Under the pieces are notes generated by a model that was given only the letters and a program-made list of their open reading frames with translations, did not search any database and was not told the origin of the DNA. Positions 6,922-10,938 of a stretch of DNA of 10,938 nucleotides are shown here, piece after piece. The position numbers and the translations under genes were made by a program. The DNA is from a virus. Each line of letters opens with the position of its first letter. The stretch's first letter is position 1. Location of the stretch: the UHGV virus genome UHGV-1796162. One strand, 5' to 3'.

Positions 6922-7179
6922 TTACTTGTTGCGTTTACGGTTACGAGCTTTCTTAGCTGCTCGTTTAATAGCTGCTGCACCAGACGGACGGTGGGCTTGC
7001 TTCTTACCACCTTTACCACGTCCAACATGAATGTAAGGCTGCTGTTCAATCTGGCTTGCAAGAACCTGTGCAACTGCTGAAGCATCGACACCAACCTGCT
7101 TTCCAGTCATAGCAATGATTGCTGCTGCTTTTGCCAGTGCAGCTAAGAAACCAGCTTTCATATTACCTAAAATTCCCAT
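6922..7179 (-). CDS. Small protein (85 aa) with a hydrophobic/amphipathic N-terminus and a polybasic C-terminal tail
   Basis: ORF track 6922..7179. ATG at 7177..7179 preceded by TGAGAGAGACTAAAA. N-terminus GFLAALAKAAAIIAMTG; C-terminus RAAKKARNRKRNK. Confidence 0.55.
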   Translation of the reverse strand: MGILGNMKAGFLAALAKAAAIIAMTGKQVGVDASAVAQVLASQIEQQPYIHVGRGKGGKKQAHRPSGAAAIKRAAKKARNRKRNK

Positions 7180-7194
7180 TTTTAGTCTCTCTCA

Positions 7195-7473
7195 TTAAAG
7201 TTTAATACAGAACTGGTCTAGTTCTTCTTTTTCAATACCAACTTGAACATCTCCGTATGCTACGTCAGTGAAAAATGTCTGTCCATCATTAAATGCGCTT
7301 TCTGAATCAACGTGGAAAGTAACACGTTTAACAATCTCTGCTAGAGCTACTAACCCACTTTTCCCAAACTTCTCATGGGTCTTTACCATCCACTCATCAA
7401 GTGAGTTAATATTATAAGTCCACTTACCGGAGTAGCTACTCTGCTCTCCACTGACAGTCGCCTTGCCACCCAT
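7195..7473 (-). CDS. Hypothetical protein (about 92 aa if it starts at ATG 7471..7473; 64 aa if at ATG 7387..7389)
   Basis: Track ORF is 7195..7554. The internal ATG at 7471..7473 has a GGAGAAAAGAAT RBS but overlaps the nrdG 3' end by 38 nt in another frame. The ATG at 7387..7389 avoids the overlap but has a poorer RBS. Start is uncertain. Confidence 0.45.
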   Translation of the reverse strand: MGGKATVSGEQSSYSGKWTYNINSLDEWMVKTHEKFGKSGLVALAEIVKRVTFHVDSESAFNDGQTFFTDVAYGDVQVGIEKEELDQFCIKL

Positions 7474-7921
7474 ATTCTTTTCTCCACAAGTTTTGGTTGT
7501 CTGAACCACGATACGGTTTAACTGTTGGTTTAGATGAATCATACTTACCATCAATCACCACGTCAACATATTTCATCACATCTAAGTGAATCTTTTCGTG
7601 TAGTTGAAAACCTGTCCAGAGCCAGATAGACTTCTCTGGATAAACAGTTTTAATACGTTTGCATATGTTGGTAACCTCTTGAATATTTCTATCATCCAGA
7701 GGCTCTCCACCAAGTATCGACAACCCACTGATGGCCTCATCAGCCATTAACTTAATGATGCCGTAGAGGTTTGCATAAGTAAATACTTTACCAGCATTAA
7801 ACTTCCAAGACTCCCTGTTAAAGCATCCTTCACAGTGATGCTTACAACCAGCTACGAAGAGGCTTACACGAACCCCTTCACCATTAGCTGTGTCAAATGG
7901 TCGAATCTCCATGTAATTCAT
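7436..7921 (-). CDS. nrdG: Anaerobic ribonucleoside-triphosphate reductase activating protein (radical-SAM activase NrdG), 161 aa
   Basis: ORF track 7436..7921. Radical-SAM cluster motif CKHHCEGC (Cx3Cx2C) near the N-terminus. Overall resemblance to T4 NrdG as recalled (VSGC.H.C.GC..., ...VDGK...RGSSNQ...). ATG preceded by GGTGAGGTAACTAG. Confidence 0.85.
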   Translation of the reverse strand: MNYMEIRPFDTANGEGVRVSLFVAGCKHHCEGCFNRESWKFNAGKVFTYANLYGIIKLMADEAISGLSILGGEPLDDRNIQEVTNICKRIKTVYPEKSIWLWTGFQLHEKIHLDVMKYVDVVIDGKYDSSKPTVKPYRGSDNQNLWRKEYGWQGDCQWRAE

Positions 7922-7980
7922 CTAGTTACCTCACCAATAAATATAAATGTTCTTTAAACCTTTTCTTCGAATTGTTTTAC

Positions 7981-8376
7981 TCACTCAAACACCACCTGAC
8001 AAGGAACCTGTTTAGTGATAAACTCTTCACAGTGCTCTTTAATAAAGTTTTGTAATGGTACACAATCTTGTGCGCAAGTCATTAGCATAACGTACTCTGG
8101 GTTCATGATGTTTTCAATGGTGTAGAAGACAACATCATCAGATAGTTCGTGACCATCCTCTCCAGACCAAGTTCCAGAGACTACAGCCAGTTTATCAAGT
8201 AATTCATTAGGTAATGCTACACCATCTTCTACAGAATCACTTAGAACGTTGTCGCTGATGTACAATGTGAAGACCGTGTGGAATGTTGAGTACCTTACGT
8301 GATTCTTTTCACAAGAGCCACACTCTGAGGCATAGTCTTTAATCCACTCTAACTGTTTTTGGTTCAACTTAATCAT
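7981..8376 (-). CDS. Hypothetical acidic, Cys-containing protein, 131 aa
   Basis: ORF track 7981..8376. The ATG at 8374..8376 overlaps the TGA of the upstream small ORF (ATGA overlap), suggesting translational coupling. Confidence 0.55.
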   Translation of the reverse strand: MIKLNQKQLEWIKDYASECGSCEKNHVRYSTFHTVFTLYISDNVLSDSVEDGVALPNELLDKLAVVSGTWSGEDGHELSDDVVFYTIENIMNPEYVMLMTCAQDCVPLQNFIKEHCEEFITKQVPCQVVFE

Positions 8377-8573
8377 AATTTCACCTTAGTTGGTAATGCA
8401 CTGAATGCTATAGCTAACCCTAAAAATGGTTTGAAGCATGACCATAAATCCATCTGACCATGATATGATAAACTCCATTGTGGGTCTGAAAAACCCCATA
8501 CCATAACACTAACCCCAAAGAAGAAGATTAGAATGTGGAGTATGTATATCATCGTTTTTGATATCTTAAACAT
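8373..8573 (-). CDS. Small predicted membrane protein, 66 aa
   Basis: ORF track 8373..8573. Hydrophobic stretches MIYILHILIFFFGVSVMVWGF and FLGLAIAFSAL. ATG preceded by TTGAGAGATAAGTTAAA. Confidence 0.5.
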   Translation of the reverse strand: MFKISKTMIYILHILIFFFGVSVMVWGFSDPQWSLSYHGQMDLWSCFKPFLGLAIAFSALPTKVKL

Positions 8574-8675
8574 TTTAACTTATCTCTCAATTCACAATAA
8601 GAGAGTCCTAAAAAGAACCCTAGTAAGGCAGAACCTATGAGCAACCCGATAATACTTGCTGCCATATCTAACATC

Positions 8676-8717
8676 CAATAAAAAGGTGATGTAAGCCTAT
8701 CAAGACCCACATCACCT
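8676..8717 (-). terminator. Probable intrinsic terminator downstream of nrdD
   Basis: On the minus strand: 10-bp stem AAGGTGATGT / ACATCACCTT (plus 8683..8692 and 8708..8717) followed by TTTTATT. The loop is long (15 nt), so confidence is moderate. Confidence 0.5.
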
Positions 8718-8726
8718 TGTCAAGTT

Positions 8727-9674
8727 TTACATAGAAATCCTATCCTTAATTTCTGCCATCTTAGCGTCATTCATTCGAGACTGGCCTTTAATTTTCGTGA
8801 ATGACAAGTACCCACACACCCTGTTAATCACAGAGATATCATGTGAATGGCAAACCTCACATTCTTCAACATCAGCCTTTGGTCTGTTACCACAATGTTC
8901 ACAGATTGCTAAGTCAAAGTTAAGTCCCTGATAGAAACCTTTCAACATACCTCTCGTAATACAACTTTTAAGTGCTGGCAAGTTTTCTGGGTTAGCTACC
9001 CTTACATACTGGATTCTACCACCTCTACAGATATGGAAGAAGGGTTCTTCTAAGTCCTGCTTCTCAAATGGTGTAATGTCTGCTGCAACATTCATATGGA
9101 AACTGTTTGTAAAGTATTCCTTATCAGAAACACCTTTGATAACACCAAACATGTCTCTGAACTGTTTTAACTGAGTTCCACAAAGTGATTCTGCTGGAGT
9201 ACCATAGACAGCATATAAGAATCCATCTTCATTTTTAAACTCTTCAGTTTTCATGTTAATGTATGCCAGAACATCGTATGTAAAACTACAGCTTCCAACT
9301 TCATGAAGCCGTTTACCTTCAGCAAGAACAGATAGCTCATCAAGCGCAGTAACCCCAAAAGAAGCTGTGAAGGACTTCACAATATCCCAACCAACCCTGT
9401 CAGTAGGATTCTTAGTTCCTTTATACAGACCACCTTGTGTAAATGCAAGAGGGTTAGAACTTGCTGGCATATTAGCAATCATTTCGTAGCGTTTCTTGTG
9501 GAAGCTGCGAATTATTTCTAGGTACTTATCAAGCTCTTTCCAGAAATCTAAACCATTCTCTTTAGAATACTGGTAAATCATTGGTAAGTTCAAAGATACA
9601 GCACCAATGTTAGCACGACCTACATAAAACTCTTCACCATATTCGTTATGGTATGGTGATAAAAATGCTCTACA
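8727..9674 (-). CDS. nrdD: Anaerobic ribonucleoside-triphosphate reductase NrdD, exon 2 (C-terminal ~315 aa including the glycyl-radical and zinc-ribbon region)
   Basis: C-terminus carries CEHCGNRP...CEVCHSHD (Zn ribbon) and RVCGYLSF (glycyl-radical motif). The reading frame is open upstream of the track start (9593) to an in-frame TAG at 9696..9698 and contains CRAFLSPY. The exon 2 start at 9674 is inferred from the intron 3' end (...CCTGAACAACAAG|TGT) and from the conserved junction SPMG|CRAFL. Confidence 0.8.
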   Translation of the reverse strand, partial: CRAFLSPYHNEYGEEFYVGRANIGAVSLNLPMIYQYSKENGLDFWKELDKYLEIIRSFHKKRYEMIANMPASSNPLAFTQGGLYKGTKNPTDRVGWDIVKSFTASFGVTALDELSVLAEGKRLHEVGSCSFTYDVLAYINMKTEEFKNEDGFLYAVYGTPAESLCGTQLKQFRDMFGVIKGVSDKEYFTNSFHMNVAADITPFEKQDLEEPFFHICRGGRIQYVRVANPENLPALKSCITRGMLKGFYQGLNFDLAICEHCGNRPKADVEECEVCHSHDISVINRVCGYLSFTKIKGQSRMNDAKMAEIKDRISM

Positions 9675-10416
9675 CTTGTTGTTCAGGTAAGTTCGCTAAG
9701 CTTACCCCGCTTTATTCAAGCTGCTTACTGTCGCCAGTAAGTCCAGACTATATCTTCTACTTATTTCTAAGTAGCGTACCATTTCGAGTCGCTTGACCCT
9801 ACACCGCTACATTCATCACGGTTAGTCGTTCGGCATTTAGATGTATTCAAACTCATATTCGAAGTTATTATGCTCTTTTACACCCTTCAATATTGAAGAG
9901 ATGGTCTTGCGATTGTGTCCAAGTATATTGGATAACTCTCGTATTGACTTAGTAACAATAACTTCCTTTGTCACTTTGTGTGTGGCTTTCACGGCATATG
10001 AACGCTTGTGGAACTTGTAACATCCGTTCTCATAACCCTCTTTAGCATTCTCAGAATGAGTACCCCATTCTAAGTTAGATGCGTGGTTATTTAGTTTGTT
10101 ATCGTCCTTATGTTTTACAATTGGAAGATTATTCGGGTTAGGTACATATTTCTCAGCAACTAACCTGTGGACATACATGTCACGATTCTTCTTACCGTAA
10201 AACCTCACTTTCATATACCCAGTGTTGGATTTCCACTGCGTAAGCTCTACACCATTTTCCCTAAAGACTTTTCCATCTTCAGTGACGTGATAGTTTGGCA
10301 TGTAAGACTCCTATGTTGTATAGTTTCTTACATCGTACATCATTTAGCACAGGATTGTCTACATCTGTAGAGTTTCCCTGTTTAGGCACGTTTTAGATGA
10401 GCTATAGAGCTTGTTA
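9675..10416 (-). mobile_element. Group I self-splicing intron (T4 td/nrdD-like, ~742 nt) interrupting nrdD and carrying a homing-endonuclease ORF
   Basis: Exon 1 ends ...ATGGGT followed by an immediate in-frame TAA (cf. T4 td 5' splice site ...GGGU|UAAUUGAGG). Conserved core-like elements on the minus strand: CCTAAACAGGGAAACTCTACAGATGTAGACAATCCTGTGCTAAAT at the 5' side; GGGTCAAGCGACTCGAAA, AGAAGATATAGTCTGG and GGGGTAAGCTTAGCGAACTTACCTGAACAACAAG at the 3' side. These closely resemble the T4 td intron as I recall it. Exact boundaries are +/- a few nt. Confidence 0.75.
9837..10301 (-). CDS. HNH family homing endonuclease (intron-encoded), 154 aa
   Basis: ORF track 9837..10301. HNH-type motif YVHRLVAEKYVPNPNNLPIVKHKDDNKLNNHASNLEWGTHSEN and a C-terminal helix-turn-helix-like IRELSNILGHNRKTISSILKG. 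ATG preceded by ATAGGAGTCTTAC. It lies wholly inside the intron. Confidence 0.8.
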   Translation of the reverse strand: MPNYHVTEDGKVFRENGVELTQWKSNTGYMKVRFYGKKNRDMYVHRLVAEKYVPNPNNLPIVKHKDDNKLNNHASNLEWGTHSENAKEGYENGCYKFHKRSYAVKATHKVTKEVIVTKSIRELSNILGHNRKTISSILKGVKEHNNFEYEFEYI

Positions 10417-10938
10417 ACCCATCGGTGAAATTACCTTGCCAGAACGCTCAAAAGCTTCTGCTACAGCACCATGACCAGATACACTTAAGAAATCTGGATA
10501 CATTGCTTTAGAGCAGCACTCAATAGCTTTACTGTACAGGTGGCCTTGACAGATATTCTCATTATGTCTCTTCTGGTCATAAATATAAACCAGTTTAGGG
10601 AATACAACAGGCTTCTTGCTCTTACCTTGTCCATTCATACGAACATCTAGGAGAGTACTTGCAATTATATATTGCAGTCGGTTATCTTCATTGGACATAT
10701 CTGAGTCAAGTAACCCGAATGTCAAAGTTGTGAATGCAAAATCCCCACGACTACAAGGTACAGTATTTAGTTTCATTTCAAGTGACTGGAAACCTTGAGT
10801 TAGCTCAATCTGTAGCTGCTCCATGACATAATTGTGGTAATGCTCTTTAGGAATACCATAAGATGCTGCTTTCTCAGCATGATAGCGTAGAGACTTCTTA
10901 GCATACGGTACAAGTACCTTATCAATCTCTGCTAAAGT
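10417..10938 (-). CDS. nrdD: Anaerobic ribonucleoside-triphosphate reductase NrdD, exon 1 (partial; the 5' end lies beyond the right edge of the window)
   Basis: The frame of track ORF 10414..10824 stays open, with no stop, up to position 10938 (TLAEIDKVLVPYAKKSLRYHAEKAASYGIPKEHYHNYVMEQ...). It ends ...KVISPMG immediately before the intron 5' splice site. Joining to exon 2 gives ...SPMGCRAFLSPY..., matching the conserved class III RNR active-site Cys region as I recall it. Confidence 0.8.

Noticed and set aside
7942-7949. TATAAATG on the plus strand upstream of nrdG, resembling the T4 late promoter TATAAATA
   Set aside because: It is on the wrong strand for the minus-strand genes and is not an exact match. 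The minus strand here reads CATTTATATTTATT, which is not a late-promoter consensus.
8549-8665. 38-aa hydrophobic minus-strand ORF (MAASIIGLLIGSALLGFFLGLSYCELRDKLKCLRYQKR) in the nrdD to ORF66 intergenic region
   Set aside because: No convincing RBS upstream (TTGGATGTTAGAT-ATG), and it overlaps the start of the better-supported 66-aa ORF in another frame. Kept as a weak possibility only.
8683-8726. TTGACA hexamer (minus strand) as a sigma70-type -35 element downstream of nrdD
   Set aside because: No acceptable -10 hexamer at 16-18 nt spacing. The hexamer lies within the stem of the putative terminator hairpin.
1-10938. CRISPR arrays, tandem repeats, tRNA genes, or insertion-sequence terminal inverted repeats
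   Set aside because: No regularly spaced direct repeats, no tRNA-like cloverleaf candidates and no transposase-like ORF were apparent on reading. The only mobile element supported is the intron with its homing endonuclease.

Overview
This window reads as a densely packed, single-orientation (all minus-strand) segment of a T4-like (T-even type) phage genome. From high to low coordinates I see: an anaerobic ribonucleotide reductase gene (nrdD) running in from the right edge and split by a self-splicing group I intron that carries an HNH homing-endonuclease ORF; two small ORFs; the activase gene nrdG; a run of small unknown ORFs; a terminator-bounded operon of ORF171, ORF92, a Prs-family pyrophosphokinase and a Nampt-family phosphoribosyltransferase; a further unknown ORF; a small membrane-anchored zinc-finger ORF missing from the ORF track; rIIA; and the first codons of the next gene (possibly rIIB by T4 synteny). 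The most interesting element is the Prs-like + Nampt-like pair, which looks like a phage NAD+ reconstitution / anti-defence module, with an atypical ~90-aa insertion in the Nampt homolog and two uncharacterised genes co-transcribed upstream. All calls rest on reading the sequence and on remembered family motifs; no database search was run. Several track ORFs begin at TTG that the track translates as M, and I moved those starts to the nearest in-frame ATG with an upstream purine-rich ribosome-binding site.
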